From NCBI RefSeq assembly GCF_009914755.1, contig NC_060928.1: a DNA stretch of 64,000 nucleotides; one strand, written 5' to 3'. Source of the DNA: the human T2T-CHM13v2.0 reference genome, Homo sapiens. The translations under genes were made by a program, and so were the position numbers. A model generated the notes under the pieces. It worked only from the letters and a program-made list of their open reading frames with translations, searched no databases and had not been told where the DNA came from. Shown piece after piece: positions 42,675 through 58,554 of this stretch. Each line of letters begins with the position of its first letter. Position 1 is the stretch's first letter.

Positions 42675-43168
42675 TGTATGTTTCCTATAGATAGCATAAA
42701 AATTACTATAAATTTATTATCTTAACAACACAAATGTTTTGCATCATAGTTCTAGAGGTCAGAAGTCCAACAATGGTCTCCCTAAGCTTAAATCAAGATG
42801 TCAGAAGTGATGGATTCCTTACTACAGGTTCGAGGGGAGAATTCATTTTCTGGCCTCTTCCAGCTTCTAGAGGCCAGTCACTTCCTTGGCTCACAGCACC
42901 CTCCTCCATCTTCAAAGCCCGCAATGTTGGGCTGAGTGCTTCTTACACCACCATCTCTCTAGTTCACTCTTCTGCCTCCATCTCTCACTTAAAAATCTCT
43001 GGTGATCACACTGGGCCCACCTAGATTATCCGGGGTAATCTTCCCATGTCAGCATCAGTGCAGTAGCAAACTTGATTTAATCTGCAACATTATTTTCCTT
43101 TGCTATGTAACCTAGGTTCTGAAGGTTAAGACATCAGCATCTTTCAGGGCTATTATTCTGCCTACCAT
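42675..43168 (-). mobile_element. MLT1 (D/E-like) solo LTR
   Basis: agttctagaggtcagaagtccaa...cttccagcttctagaggcc...ctccatcttcaaagcc...tattattctgcctaccata. Confidence 0.85.
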
Positions 43169-43192
43169 AACATATGAGAAACATCTTGGTTG

Positions 43193-43380
43193 AAAGCTAC
43201 CAGACACAGGATACTCAAATAAATTTGATTTTCTGATAAATAGTATTTTCAGTGTAATTATGTCCAATGTAGTATTAGTAGATCTTAGATATATGTGAAT
43301 ATGAAAAAATTATTTGTCATTTATCTAAAATTCAAATTTAACTGGGTGTTTTGTATTTTTACTAATTTTAGCAATTGTAC
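43193..43380. mobile_element. MER53 palindromic MITE
   Basis: caggatactcaaataaatttgattttctgataaa ... tttatctaaaattcaaatttaactgggtgttttgtattttt (self-complementary arms). Confidence 0.75.
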
Positions 43381-43652
43381 CAGGAATAAGTGAAGTAATC
43401 TTGGACTATATTCCAGACACAAAAGGACCTAAAATAGTTTCTTGACTGCTTTTGATACTTACTACACTGTTATATTTAAATGTAAAATTTATAAATCCAA
43501 CCCTGTGGGGATCGTTAATAAAATGTAAAATATCTTTTTCATGAAATAATATATGCCCAAAATGTTATTTTATTAATTCTGTTAGTTTACAGAAAAAATT
43601 CATTTCACTTAAGGTTATGAGAAAGCAGGATACACAATTACACGCAAAGTAT

Positions 43653-43656
<4 letters not shown>

Positions 43657-43686
<30 letters not shown>

Positions 43687-43964
43687 AGACAGAGTCTCAC
43701 TCTGTCACCAGGCTGGGGTGCAGCGGCGCAATCTCAGCTCCCTGCAACCTCCGCCTCCTGGGCTTCAAGCAATTCTCCTGCCTCAGCCTCCCGAGTAGCT
43801 GGGACTACAGGTGCCCACCACCATGCCCGGCTAATGTTTGTATTTTTAGTAGAGACGAGGTTTCACCATATTGGCCAGGCTGGTCTCAAACTCCTGACCT
43901 TGTGATCTGCCCGCCTCAGCCTCCCAAAGTGCTTGGATTACAGGCATGAGCCATCCCTCCCAGC
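43657..43964 (-). mobile_element. AluS
   Basis: Poly-T head and dimer body; TSD agtataatt. Confidence 0.95.
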
Positions 43965-44027
43965 ATAGTATAATTATAGCAACATAAACAAAAGAGGTTA
44001 GGCCCATAAAGATAATAGAAGCAAATC

Positions 44028-44337
44028 GGCGAGGTGTGGTGGCTCATGCCTGTAATCACAGCACTTTGGAGGCCGAGCTGGGCAGATCACCTAAGGTTAG
44101 GAGTTCAAGAGCAGCCTGAGCAACATGGAGAAACCCTGTCTCTACTAAAAATACAAAATTAGCCGGGCGTGGTGGCACATGCCTGTAATCCCAGCTACTC
44201 AGTAGGCTGAGGCAGGAGAATCACTTGAACTCAGGAGGTTGAGGTTGCTGTGAACTGAGATCGTGCATTGCAATCTAGCCTGGGCAACAAGAGTGAAACT
44301 CCATCTCTGAAAAAATAAAAAATAAAAAATAATAATT
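44028..44337 (+). mobile_element. AluS (Sp/Sq-like)
   Basis: TSD ataatagaagcaaat at 44012-44026 and 44338-44352. Confidence 0.95.
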
Positions 44338-45708
44338 ATAATAGAAGCAAATACTTCAAAATGTTGAGAGGTTGGTCTTTCTTGATGGGAATGGGGCGAT
44401 TATTTTAAAATTTCTTTTTTTAATGTTACATAATAATTGCACATATTTATGGGAACATGGAAAATACTGATAAAAACATACATGTGTAACGATCAAATCA
44501 AGGTAATTGGGATATTAATTCCCTTTTTTGTATTTTTCCCTTAATTTCTTTAATGTATAGCATTCATTGTCTAAAAATATAATAAGATATCCTATGAGTA
44601 GATAATAGTAGCGTTTATCCTGCTTCTCAGAGTAATATTATTTTTATGGCAGAGCTAGTTAGCCTACATTGGATTAATAAAAGAAAAATTAGCATATGCT
44701 CCATTTATTCACCATTTGTGAAAGGAAAATATTATGTATTATGTATTGCCGTCATTTCACAAGTATTTTACACTCGATTCTGTCCAAAAGTAAAGAGTAA
44801 AAATGTAGATTTTGTTTCCTTTAAAGTAAATGTATTGAAATTTGAAATGCCTATTGGTTTAATAATACTTGAGAAAACACATCACATTGTGGGTATTTAA
44901 AGTTGTGATACAATCATGCAGATAACAGTGGCAGGAATCAGTGTCATACAACTTCAATGCCTTTGCTAATTAGCAACGTTTTTGAGAACCTGGTCATTTC
45001 CAGAAACTTGCTCTTTTGATTAATGCCTTGAAACTAAAGCCAGCTGTTAATTATGTTAACAACCAATTCCTTGGGAGTCATCATAATCCATTTTAATGGA
45101 CTGACAATTATTATTAATAAAATCCAGAGACCTGAAGTGTCACAAACTTGAAAATTCAGCTTTGTTGTGCATTGGGGTATATAAGATGTGTGTGAATGCA
45201 AAGAATAACAAAATTGTCCTTATTTATTTTTTTAACGAAGAAAGTAGGTTTTTTCCTAAATCTGTGAGTAGTTCTTACATTGTACTGTTTAATTAAGCTT
45301 CCTTACATGATGCATAACAGCCAGCTACAGAGTGGAAAAAGTAATTCAAAATTAGTTGCTTGGCGTATTTCAGAAAAGAAAAGGGATGTTAGACTTCAGT
45401 GAGAAACATAAAACAAACAAAATCTGACATTGTGAGCATAAATTCGAGAGAAAGTTCATTGAAAGAGGAAAGAAACTAGAAGAGTCTTAGAAGAGGGTGT
45501 AGGAGAACTTGGTGTTTCTCTTTCTTCCCTCGCCTTTCCACACCTTCTGTCATTTGCCACTTCTAGTTATTTGTTTTTTGTAAATGTATCAAGGGCCCAA
45601 TGACATGCAAACCACCGATATCATGGACAATGTCACATGCATTAGTTCCTTTTCGCTGAAACTACTGGTTTTAATTATAATTATTTTCATACATTTGAAA
45701 AAGATTGA

Positions 45709-46700
<992 letters not shown>

Positions 46701-47257
46701 TCAATGGCATCTGAAATTAACACATTCCTAAGAGCAAAGATTTTTCAAATGGATAATGGCAGAAATAATTGATGGAATATACACAGGAGTAGGTTTTGAA
46801 AGCAAATCAAATGTTTTCCTCATCTTTGTTTTTCAACAAAACACCTCTAACATCCAACAAAAAAGGATTTTGATATTGCATTAATATGCATATAATTTGT
46901 CTAATACTCTTTTTTTGTGAAGCTCATTGATTATTCAAAAATGTCTCTTCAATTACAGACACTCAGTCATATACTGTATTAATCATCTATCCTAACCAGT
47001 CTGTCTCTGATAAAAAAGGGAAGTTTCCCAGTATGGATCTTCAAGGCTGTCAATACAAATGGGGTGTTAGAATATGGCAAAGATCAGGGGTTTTCAGATA
47101 TTAGGCAAAAACTGTGCCTAAAGTCTCACTATAGATTTATTTTCTATTTATACTGTGTCCTTGATGAGTTTGGCCTCCAACCTTACTTGCTGTCTTTGCA
47201 TCACTTTTTTAACATTCGAAGGCTTTTGATAAGCATCCAGCTATTAGAAAGAGCCCC

Positions 47258-47669
<412 letters not shown>

Positions 47670-48479
47670 CTAGAACCCAAGTTCTCTATTTCTTATAGCA
47701 CGTACTTTCCATTACACCAAGAGGTCTATCTTGCTTTGTATTTATGGAAACCCAGGCACATCCACTTGTCAGAGCTTGGCACAGACAAGTGGCACATTGC
47801 CTTTTCTTATTAACGTGAAGAATGAGCCAAATGGCTTCCTTAGCCTATGTATCCTTAGCTATGTATAGCCTATCTATCCAGATCTAAAACAGGCATAAAA
47901 TACTATAACTTTTGTAGCTCTAAAGAGCTTAGGAAAACATTTTGTGTAGTATACACACAGACACACACACATACATATATTCAATGCTATATATGAATTA
48001 GAGTTTTGAAATATTTCAATGAATTTGTCATAGATCATTGTTTCATAGAAAAATAAATAAAAAGGATAAGAATCTTAGATAAATTCTGGAAAAATTGTTG
48101 ACCCCAATTAATAAATGATATGCTGTTATATTTGATATATGGCTATTCTTTTGCCATGGTTAGAACAAAAGTAGACTTCAATTCGATATTTGAATAATAT
48201 GTAAGTATTGGGGCAAGATTTTCTTCAATGCTATTTGTGATAAGTGTGGTGTAGGTGAGAGTAAGACCAATGTCTTGCTTTTGCAGGAAAAAAGAAAAAC
48301 ACACTGACTGGGATATAGCAGTCCTGAATGCCAATTTGAGACAAATTCCAGCAAGCAATGTGATCTAGGTGAAAATATTGGATAGCTGTAAGTCCTCAGT
48401 TATCCTTCTGTATAATGAAGCAGTAATAGGAAAGTCTTTCTAAAATCCCTTTCTGTAATTCCATGATGTTTCAGAAGTA

Positions 48480-48640
48480 GGAAGAGCCACAGATTGTCAA
48501 GCTGGCCCTAATTGTGCCACCAACTAATTGTGTGACTTTATTCCCTAACTCCTCCCTTTCTGATCTCAAGTCATTTTCTCTATACACATGAAGGACTATG
48601 ACTTGCAATTTCCCTTGCAGATTAAAATTCCATTTAATGA
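48480..48640. mobile_element. MIR fragment
   Basis: tgccaccaactaattgtgtgactt...ctcaagtcattttctc. Confidence 0.5.
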
Positions 48641-49349
48641 CCAGAAAAAGGATAAGGCTTTCTGCATTACATTGTTTGTATACTGGCAAGATTACTTTGT
48701 GCTGCCTGTTTTCTCAGACCTCTTGCCCATCAGATGTGTGGGTTTATAGCTTGAGCATCTGGCATTTGCCTCGTGCATGATTACGTAAGAAAAGATATCA
48801 TACTCAGGAGAGTGTATAGACAATATGAAGGGGATGGATGTATATTGTTTTAGGTTTGAAAAAATTTCCTGAAAAGATTTAAATCACGCAATGATACCAA
48901 TGCATTTCAAATTGTATAGCATTGTCTAAGTATAAAAAAGTTTATAAGTGTTCTCTACTCACAAAAATAATAAATTATTTTTTTACAGATTTTTGAAACT
49001 ACAAAAACCACAAGTATAACTCACTTCTAATTCTATGATCTGTGACAATCTGTATTATATTGGTACACTTCTGTTCCGTATTTTTATATTTGCATATACT
49101 TTGGATTACAATATAAATGTTTAGTATCAAATTCAGCTAAAATATTTTAAATATTTTTGGCACATGAATGCTCTTTTAAATATATTTTTAAATATCTTTG
49201 TCAGCATTAAAGAAACTTACCCTTACATCATTGTTTTTTCCTAATTTGTTTTCTATGATTCTAAATTATCACCTTATTATTTCTAAATTCCTTTTCATTA
49301 TATTCTATTTTAGCATTGCCATATTATATTATACGCAATTTATTTCTGC

Positions 49350-50050
49350 ATCAGACATTTACTAGGCACTTTCTAGCTTTCAGTGTTCCTGATAGTGTTA
49401 GGTTCTGGGATGCCCAATGATGAGTATATAGTAGCTGTGTTTGAAGAATTTACACCTTAGCTAGAGGAAAAACATGCAAAGAATATAACAGATATAATTG
49501 TAAAAATAATAAAAATAGAGGCCTAGGAGAACAGAAAATAGAGAGAACTTATATCTATCCAGTAATGTTTGAGGAAGCAAGAAAAGAAAGTTAGAACTCC
49601 ATCTGAAATAAAAAGTGGGAGTTGATCAGACCAAATTTGTGGAAAACGCATATATGCAAATACATAAGGGAAAGCCCATTATGACCAGGGAAATGTCTAG
49701 AAATACCCAGACCAGCTCAACCAAAGGCTTAGGAGGAGATAACTAGCAATGAGCTAATAAAATAAACTAGAACCAACCAGAGGCCACAGGTATCATGGGA
49801 ATGATTTTGAAAAAAAATCTAATCATAAAGTTAATGACTAAGATAACATTTACAGCATGTTTCCTTTGGGCCAAATACTGTGCTTACCACTTAATCTTCT
49901 GAGATCACCACTATTACTATACTCCTCTTAAACATGAAGAAACGGAGTCATAGAGAGAATGATTAACTCAGCAGTACACAGGTAACAGTGATGCTGGAGC
50001 TTAACCTCAGTTCCACCTGACACCATCGCGGCGTTCTTAGCAATCCACTT
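49350..50050 (-). mobile_element. L2 fragment followed by MIR
   Basis: cagacatttactaggcact...ggttctgggatg; MIR core atgaagaaacggagtcatagagag. Confidence 0.55.
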
Positions 50051-50779
50051 AGCTACAGCTCCTTGACGCCTCTCCATAGGTCACAGCACAGTATCAAAGA
50101 AGTATAAAAGTAGAAGTGCAAACCCATGATTTACAGAGATTTCTTTATTAGGAGGAAAATGCTTGTTTCTTCATCTGGCAATCTCCCATGCCTCCAATAC
50201 TGTAGCATCTTTGAATTACAATAAAGATAACTCTTTTGATTTATATTTAGCTGAATTTACTTCCCAGAACACGACTGAAGAAAGTTTCCTACAATTGTTT
50301 AAAGCTTTAGTTTTTGACCACAGGCCAAGAAAAGTGCTTTTCTTATCAACTTCTCTCATCATTTTTTCACTGGATCATCAAACAGATACCCTCATTTTTC
50401 CTGTGATATTAATTTATTTATACTAACACTACTGTTCAGTGGCTTCATCTACGGATATCACGGAATATTTAAATGATGTTGAGCAGGGTTTGAATGCCGT
50501 AATTTCAGGGCCAAGCCTATTTTTACTTGAGGACCTTGACTAGTTACAGGAGCCACTGGGAAATTCATTAGCACTCAGTGACATGGCTTCCATGGTAGGC
50601 AGGCAGGAAATGAGCTCTGGGTGAGTTTCTTGGAATCTTTAGCTAATCATGTATTTATCAGAGACCAGGATATGTGGGTAAAGCTTTGTAAATCTTCTTA
50701 AACTTAACCTCAACTTTAAGTCTTCTTACTCTTCGTCTGTTTTAACCTACTGGATTATTTCAAAAGCACTTGGGGGATT

Positions 50780-51060
50780 TGTTACACTTGGTGGACCCTG
50801 TAGCTTATTGTAGATATAGACATCTGAATAACCTGGAAAATGCCCAAGAGAAGGCAATGGAATTGATTTAAGAGTTGGGAAGTAGATCATAAAGGAAAAC
50901 TAGAGAAGCCAAGGAGAAATGAAGAGGAAAGGGTGCTTAACATATCTTGATGTTCTGGAGGGATGTTTTACAGATGGAGGCAATGAATTTGTTTCCTTCC
51001 TTCTCATTTAGACCAAGGGAAAATGAGCCATGCTAATGTAGAAGTATAAGGCATTAAGAT
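50780..51060 (+). mobile_element. Possible CR1/L3 remnant
   Basis: ctggaaaatgcccaagagaaggcaa...gatttaagagttggga...ggagggatgttttacagatggagg...tttgtttcc resembles a CR1 3' region. Confidence 0.4.
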
Positions 51061-51258
51061 GTGAGTTTACAGATATGTACATAAAGCAAATATTATAATC
51101 AAAGCACAAAGAAAACATGTTCTAGTATCTTTCCCTGAAGTTTGTTTTTTCTTAACATGGTAATTTATTAGATTTAATTAATACAGCATCAAATATATGC
51201 CTCAAGAACTCAAGTACCATGAAGATAGAGATAAATAAGCCATTCAGTAGTTTGTAGA

Positions 51259-51340
51259 AAATAGTAGAGGGAAATATGTATAGGAATAGTAGAGGAAAAT
51301 ATGTGTAGGAATGTGTATAGGAATAGTAGAGGAAAATATG
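51259..51340. repeat. ~25-bp imperfect tandem repeat (3 units)
   Basis: aatagtagagg(g/a)aaatatgt(a/g)tagg repeated. Confidence 0.9.
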
Positions 51341-52568
51341 CTTTGGATAGTGCTAAAATAGAGATAACTAGAAGACAAGATGGCAGCACCAATATATCCA
51401 GTACACAGTTGGAAACTGAAGGTTAGAATTGTCATCTAAAAATAAATATGTGTCAATCATCAGATTAGAGGTGATATTTTGAGGAAATCGCCAAAGAATA
51501 GTCAATAAGCACCAAATCTAGTTTTAGTGATGTTAATCATATGATCAGACACTAATTTGTGATTATAAAAATATTTTTCCCAGCAAATCCATATATGTAA
51601 ATATTGTAGATATGTATTTTATTTTTAATGTATGTTGTCTCAGTTTTTTGTGCATTAATAGGTATTGAAAAGGAAAAAAACAGTGTTGGTAATTCCAAGT
51701 AGGAGAAGCCAGGCAGTGCATGTTGAGATCCTTCTAAAGTTGAGCCCATATAACAGGTGAAACCATAATGAAGAGTGTAAGGTGAAATTCTTTCACTTCC
51801 AGGAGCTGATAATCCACCTGGGAGAGAACACAAACATTTATAAAGTTCAAAGTGATAAAAGACAGCTTATTTTAACACATGGCACCAGAATTCATAAGGT
51901 GGAAGGGACATATTATTTACATGGTTTTGAAAAAATGAAACATCTCTCTTTCAAATGTTGAGGAAGATGTTGCTACAGTAGAGTATTTGAGATCTGCAAG
52001 AAGAGAACTTTGCTTTTTTCTTTGAGGGAAAAATGTAGCGTGGGAGGATGTTGAGAATAGAGTTTCAAAAAAGGGATAGAAATTGTAGATAATCTATCTT
52101 AATAAAAAGAAAAGCCAAGTAATATGATGGTTATTGTTAATAATGAGATGCTTAGTCAATTCAAAATTATGTTTATAATTCCCACATCTTTCTTCCAACT
52201 AGAAAAAAATAAGTATTCTCAATGTAATTTTCAAGCATTGTCAGTGACAAAATAGGAAATTCAGATTAAACCTCTTGTTGAGAATTTTTTTAGATAGGCA
52301 AATGAGTGTTTTTTCTGCTCAAAGACATCCAAAAGCTAAAAAGGCAGTAAGGATAACAGGGCCAGGATTCAGGAAAAGGTGGTTCTGTGCTTGTCCTAGT
52401 GGCACTTGCCAATTGCAGAAGAAAATACTGAGAGCCTAACAGAGATCTTGATAGTCTTATGAGCTGAGAGATCTAAAATGTGGGGTCCAAGGCCAACCAT
52501 AGGTAGGTGCATGATAAAACCCACACACGTTAGGTTGGGGCCTTGAAAGACTATGCTTTTAAAGAAGG

Positions 52569-52960
<392 letters not shown>

Positions 52961-53049
52961 CTAAAATAGGACTTAGGTCATATGGCATCACCAGTACCCC
53001 AGCATCCTTGCAGAAGACAGGGGAAATGCATCTATTCTGAAGAAATATA

Positions 53050-56000
53050 ACATCATCTTAAGTTTCAAATTATTTGTACAATCTGTTCACATACAATGCA
53101 CAGCAGTCAATGAAAAAATCACCAGACACATATAAACCCCAGAAAAATACAGGGACAGACAGGGATTCCAGATAATGGAATTATTTGGCATAGAGGTTAA
53201 AGTAACTGCTTAGTACATTAAGTAATAAAAGATAGGATGGATTATTTGGACATAGAACTGAAATTGTTTAAGGAATAAAAGAACCAAATAGCAATCCTGG
53301 AGCTGAAATATATAATATCAAAAATTAATAATTCAATGGACTGACTTAACGGAGTACTTGGCACTGAAGAAGTTACAATACATTAGGTAATAGGTCAGAA
53401 GAAAAATTCAGAAATGATGGAGAAATGCAAAAGAGAGACTAAAAGACATAGTGAATAAAGTAGAAAAAAATCACATGTTTAATTGGAGTCCTAGAAGGAG
53501 AGGAGAGAAAAAAATATGACAAAGAATATATTAAGAAATTATAACAGAAAAATTTACAAGCTTTCAAAGACCTCAAATCATAGGATGAAAAGACTGCTAT
53601 AAAACTTCCTTCCAGCTTTGACATAATAAGCACATTCCAACATCATCATTTCACAAACAACAATAAAACCATAGACAATTTACTAAAACAACTCACCAAA
53701 TGCTATAATAGTTGGAGCAAAGGAAGTCTACCTGGGAGTCGCAGGACTTGAGGAACAACACGATGGAATTTCTGTTCTGCAGCTACAGATGCTATGGGCA
53801 ATACCCAGTCTTTATTGACAATTCTGCAATAACAAGGAAATGCACCCCCTCATAACAATAGAGTTGGGGGATGAATTCAGAGAGGATGAAGTTGCAGGAA
53901 AGGATTGTCAAACTCGGTATGAGCCTGAATTCCCCAGCAGACCTCTGAGTGACCCGAGCATAAAAATGACAAGAAACAGCAAAGCAAAAGAGTGGAGAAC
54001 TGAGACCTCGTCTGGAACATCACCCAGGATTCAGGTAAGCCTCTGGCAAACACAAATGAGGCAGTCCGAATTAGCACTGCAAAGGCTTTGAAAACCAAAC
54101 TGACATTTGGACCACAACCCACAAAAGTAGACAAGTGTATGTATTTTGGAGCTAAATAGGCTTACTGCCTGCTAAATAGAAGATGCAAATCGGAGCCAAA
54201 GTCTTGTAATATAATTATTATAATGTATAGTATAATTCAAAATTATTCATTTTAGCAAGAGCCAATATAATATTGATATCAACTTAAAAGACAATTAGTA
54301 GATACTAAAACTGAGATGACACAAATGTTAAAATTATTTGACAATGATATTAAAGCAATGTTGTGGACTTCATGATTGTGCCACACAAATTTGTTGGTTT
54401 AAGCCCTAACTAACCCCTAATGTGATGGTATTTGGAGATGGGGCCTTTGGGAGGTAATTAGCAACAGAATATATCATGAGAATGAGGTCTTGGTATGACA
54501 GAATTAGTGTCTTTATAAAAAGAGACACCAGAGAGCTTCTCTCTTTCTCTCTGCCCTGTGAGGATATAGCCAGAAGGTGGACACCTACAAGGGAGTAAGA
54601 AAGCCCTCATTAGAACCCAACCAGGCTGGGACCCTGATCTCAAACTCCCAGCATCTACCACCATGAAAAACACATTTCCATTGTTGAAGCCTTTCAGTCC
54701 ATGGTGTTTTCTTATGGTAGCCCACTGTGACTAAGATAAGCAACTAGCTTAAAAATGTTCCAGAAAACAATTACAAACCCTCTTGCCACAAGCTTTTTAA
54801 AATAGGTAGTCTTGGTTAAAAAAAAATATAAGGTATAAGGTAGAACTAAATGAGAATTTTAAACTAAAAATACATTGAAAAACTACAAAAAAACTAACCT
54901 CACAATTGTGTTCAATAAAAGAATGGAGATGAGAGGAGAAAATGTAATAAATTGGAAAATCTATCAAAATAAATTGTCCAATCTGAAAAATAGAAGGTAG
55001 ATGGAAACAAAAATTTACAAAACATTGCAGATAAGAGAGAGCTCAGGAACAATAACAAAGGAGCTGACATTAATGTAATCAAAGTCCCAGAAAGAAAAGA
55101 AAAAGTGTAGGATTAAAAAACTATCTGTGCGATATTGGCATAAGGAGAGATGTACAGAATAATAAAACAGAATAGATTCTACACATAGAGCACACATATA
55201 AAGTCAATTCATTTTTGTCAAAAGTACCAAAGTATTTTAATGAAGAAATAAAATTATTTTCAATAAATGGTACTGGAACTAGATAACCATATTTTTAAAA
55301 ATTAGTAACCTTAATCTTTACCACCTACCAAATGAAAAAATTAATGTGAAATGAAACATAGAAACAAAAGCAAACATCAAAGGAAATCTTTATAATCATG
55401 TGGTGAGCAAAGTTTGTGTTTTTCTTTAAGACAGAGATTCTAAACCCATAACTGTAAAGAAAAAAAAAGTAAATTGTATTTCATCAAAATTTTAAAAAAT
55501 TCTGCTTTTAAAGAAACACTATGAATAAAATGAAAAGACAAGCTTATAAGACACACACACTGGGTAAAAATATTTGTAAAACATTTTTCTAAGAATATAC
55601 TTTATCCAGATTACATCATAAACAATTTATAATAAAAAGAGAAGAAAACACAGTTTTTAAAATGGGCAAAAATGTGAACACTCTAGCAAAAAAGAAACAC
55701 AAATGGCTAATCAGCACATGAAAAAGTACTCAACATTAGTTATCAAAGAAATGAAAATTAAAACCACAGGATGCATCAATATTCACTAAAAGAGCTAAAA
55801 TTTAAAAAAGACTGACACTAGCAAATTTTTCCAGAGATATAAAGACATGTAAATTATTATGTATTGCAAGGGAAGAATAAAATGTGAAAAAGACATTGGA
55901 GAACCTAAGAACTACTTTGGGTGTTTTTTATAAATTTAAACATACAACTTCAGAATGACAGAAATTTCCCTCCTGGATACCTATTAATAGAAATGCAAAC

Positions 56001-56460
56001 ATATATGGACACAAATATCTATACAACAATGGTTGTAGCAGCCTTTTTCATAATAGTTCCAGGTTGGAAACAACTCAATTGTCCATCAATAGGTGAATAG
56101 ATAAACAAACTTGAATTTGTTCAATCAAATTACTAATGATCAAAAAAGAAACAGCACGTATGGATCTCAAAGGCTTTATGATGAGTGAATGCAGAAAGAT
56201 ACAAAAGGGGCCTGCTGTATTTTCCTATATACAGAAATATTAGAACAGGTTAAACTAATTGCTAGTGGTAAAAAGCAGATCTGTGTTTGCTTCATCTGTA
56301 ACGAGATTATGGAGACTGATATAAAAGAGGACAAGAAACTCAATGGGATGATGAAATGTTGGTTCTCTTGATAATGGTGGTAGATACATTTTTCAAAATT
56401 CATCAACTTGTATGCTTAAGTGGATACATTTTATCGAATATAAATTATATCTCAACCAAG
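53050..56460 (+). mobile_element. Ancient L1 (L1ME/L1M5-like) fragments
   Basis: tttaattggagtcctagaaggag; ttcaataaatggtactggaac; cagcacatgaaaaagtactcaacatt; caactcaattgtccatcaatag. Confidence 0.65.
54359..54738 (+). mobile_element. MLT1A solo LTR
   Basis: aatgtgatggtatttggagatggggcctttgggaggtaattag...gactaagata; TSD agcaa on both sides. Confidence 0.88.
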
Positions 56461-58554
56461 TTATACATGCATATTTATGTATATATATGTTTAAATATAT
56501 ATAATGCATATGACTTGATGTGTGTGTATGTGTGTGTATGTGTATAGTTTTCCAGAAAGAAAGAAATGAAAACTTTGTCAGTGTGCCCTGAAGAAAGATT
56601 TTTTTAGGAACAAATTATTCTAGAATGTCCAGTACTACAATTCACCACCCAAAATAAGGAAACTAAAAAATGCCCATAGAATTGAATACAATTAAAATCA
56701 CAAAAATAATTATTGCATTACATTATTCTCAGTTATGCATTCTTTGGCCTCCATAACTTTTTGTCTTAAAACAAAATTATTAAATGCAGTCAGGAATACA
56801 CTATTTAGGGGACTTTACAGTAGCAGTTGATGAAGTGGTGTTTTATTTTCTAAGGCAACCAATTTTCTCCTGATGTGACAATTTTGTAAAGCTGAATTGT
56901 TATTTTAAGGTGTTCTTAAAATTTAAATATATTTGTACGTGTCATAGACTCGTATGGAAATAATATATTTTATTTTCTTCTGCAGCCAGAAAGATGGTTA
57001 TCAATGCTAATATCCTTTTGCTGAAAAAATAAATCAGAACAAGCTTCTAGATTTCATAAAGTTGTTGCTTCACTATTAACCTGCCTGTAATATTATTTAA
57101 CAGGCACATTTTTACATCTTAATTGGCTATTAAATATTTGGGGAGAAATGAACTGCAAATTTGATGTAAATGATATTTGAGAAATGTGTCCTTTAGTGGC
57201 AATTAATTATTTCAGTCCTTGGTAATTTTCATAAGTCTCTAGAGAGAAGTGGGGAAAAGTCTATTTCCTTTTCTTCTTCTTTTTTTTTTTTTCTTTTAAA
57301 CATCTGTGTTTGGGGTAATGTTCCCTTCTAAGTGAAATTGTATTGCTGATTTCACAATCCCCGAAGTTTTGATTTTTTTTTTTTAAGACGTGAATTTCAA
57401 AGATAATTTGAGATTTCCAGGTCATTACATTTCTGCCTTGTTTCCTTTGGTATAAATGGAGTAAATACCCTGAGAATATTAAATAACAAACACAAAATAT
57501 GTACACAAAATTAAGCCGCATTTTTCGTTTGTAGCTAGCAATGGCATATACTCCACAACTCACATTTTTACTTCAAACAGATTTATTAACAAAATTTGAA
57601 GGGCTTAATAATTTTCAAAGAAAAATATTGCCTCTGGGAGTCAAGGGCCTTTTGAGTTGTGAGCCAAACCTGTCTTCTGTGTTCCAGATACCTCTCAACT
57701 TTCTGGTGGGAGTTTTGCAACATGCCTTTTTTATTAAGGATAAGAATTATTGGATCAAATGTGGACGTAAACCCAAATAAAAAAAATAATTAACAATACG
57801 AACTTGAAAAACATTTATTTTATTTCTCAAGTACCATTTGTTCTTTATTTGAACAGTTTTAAATTTCCTGCAGTTGTGCAGAGAGCAAATTCTATGCTGG
57901 TCACATAGACCAGCATAGAATCATGGTAGCATACCCATTGAGTTTAGCCAGTTGTACTGTGTTTGACACATACAAATCAGAATTCTTTGTTTTTCTTTTC
58001 CCCCAGTAACTCAGGAAAAAATCATAACAAAAGGTAAAAAAATGAATAAATTTATTCTTCCCCAACCCACATTCTTTCCTCACCTAAGGCAGCCCCATCA
58101 CAAATGTCACAAATCTTAGCATATGTTGAATATCTTGGCCTTTTTCTAATTAAAGGCGGCTGCTCAATTCCCAAGGCAGTGCAAAAACCCTTCAGGTCCT
58201 AAAAAGAAATGACTTCCAAATCGAAAAGCTAGTAAATAAGTCAGTTTGGGACCCAAAGCAATTATCATTACAAGGAAGTATGGTGTTAAAAGTCTATCTT
58301 GAGTTAGCTAGTTTTGGTATTCTAGTAATTTGGAGGCAGACAGGCAGCAATTTCAGTCCCAAACATATACAAATGCGATTTCTCCATATTGTGATGATGT
58401 TTAGTTGAAAGTACTTGTGCTAGAAAGGCCTAAACAGCAGCTTGAATTCTTTACCTGCAAAAAATCTGAGGATAATGAAACAAATTTGTTCTAAACAGCA
58501 TATAAGTAATTCTAATTATACTTGCATTGCCAGCCATTTTAACTGGTTATATAA

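Noticed and set aside
43193-43380. Long imperfect hairpin as a novel ncRNA
   Set aside because: Explained by the palindromic MER53 MITE.
50163-50630. Plus-strand ORF or exon with a gtgagt donor at ~50621
   Set aside because: There are stops in all frames after the candidate acceptor, and it lies next to probable ancient CR1 sequence.
51259-51340. Repeats resembling a CRISPR array (also 13349-13440 and 36892-36989)
   Set aside because: Eukaryotic context, adjacent tandem units without unique spacers, and no cas genes.
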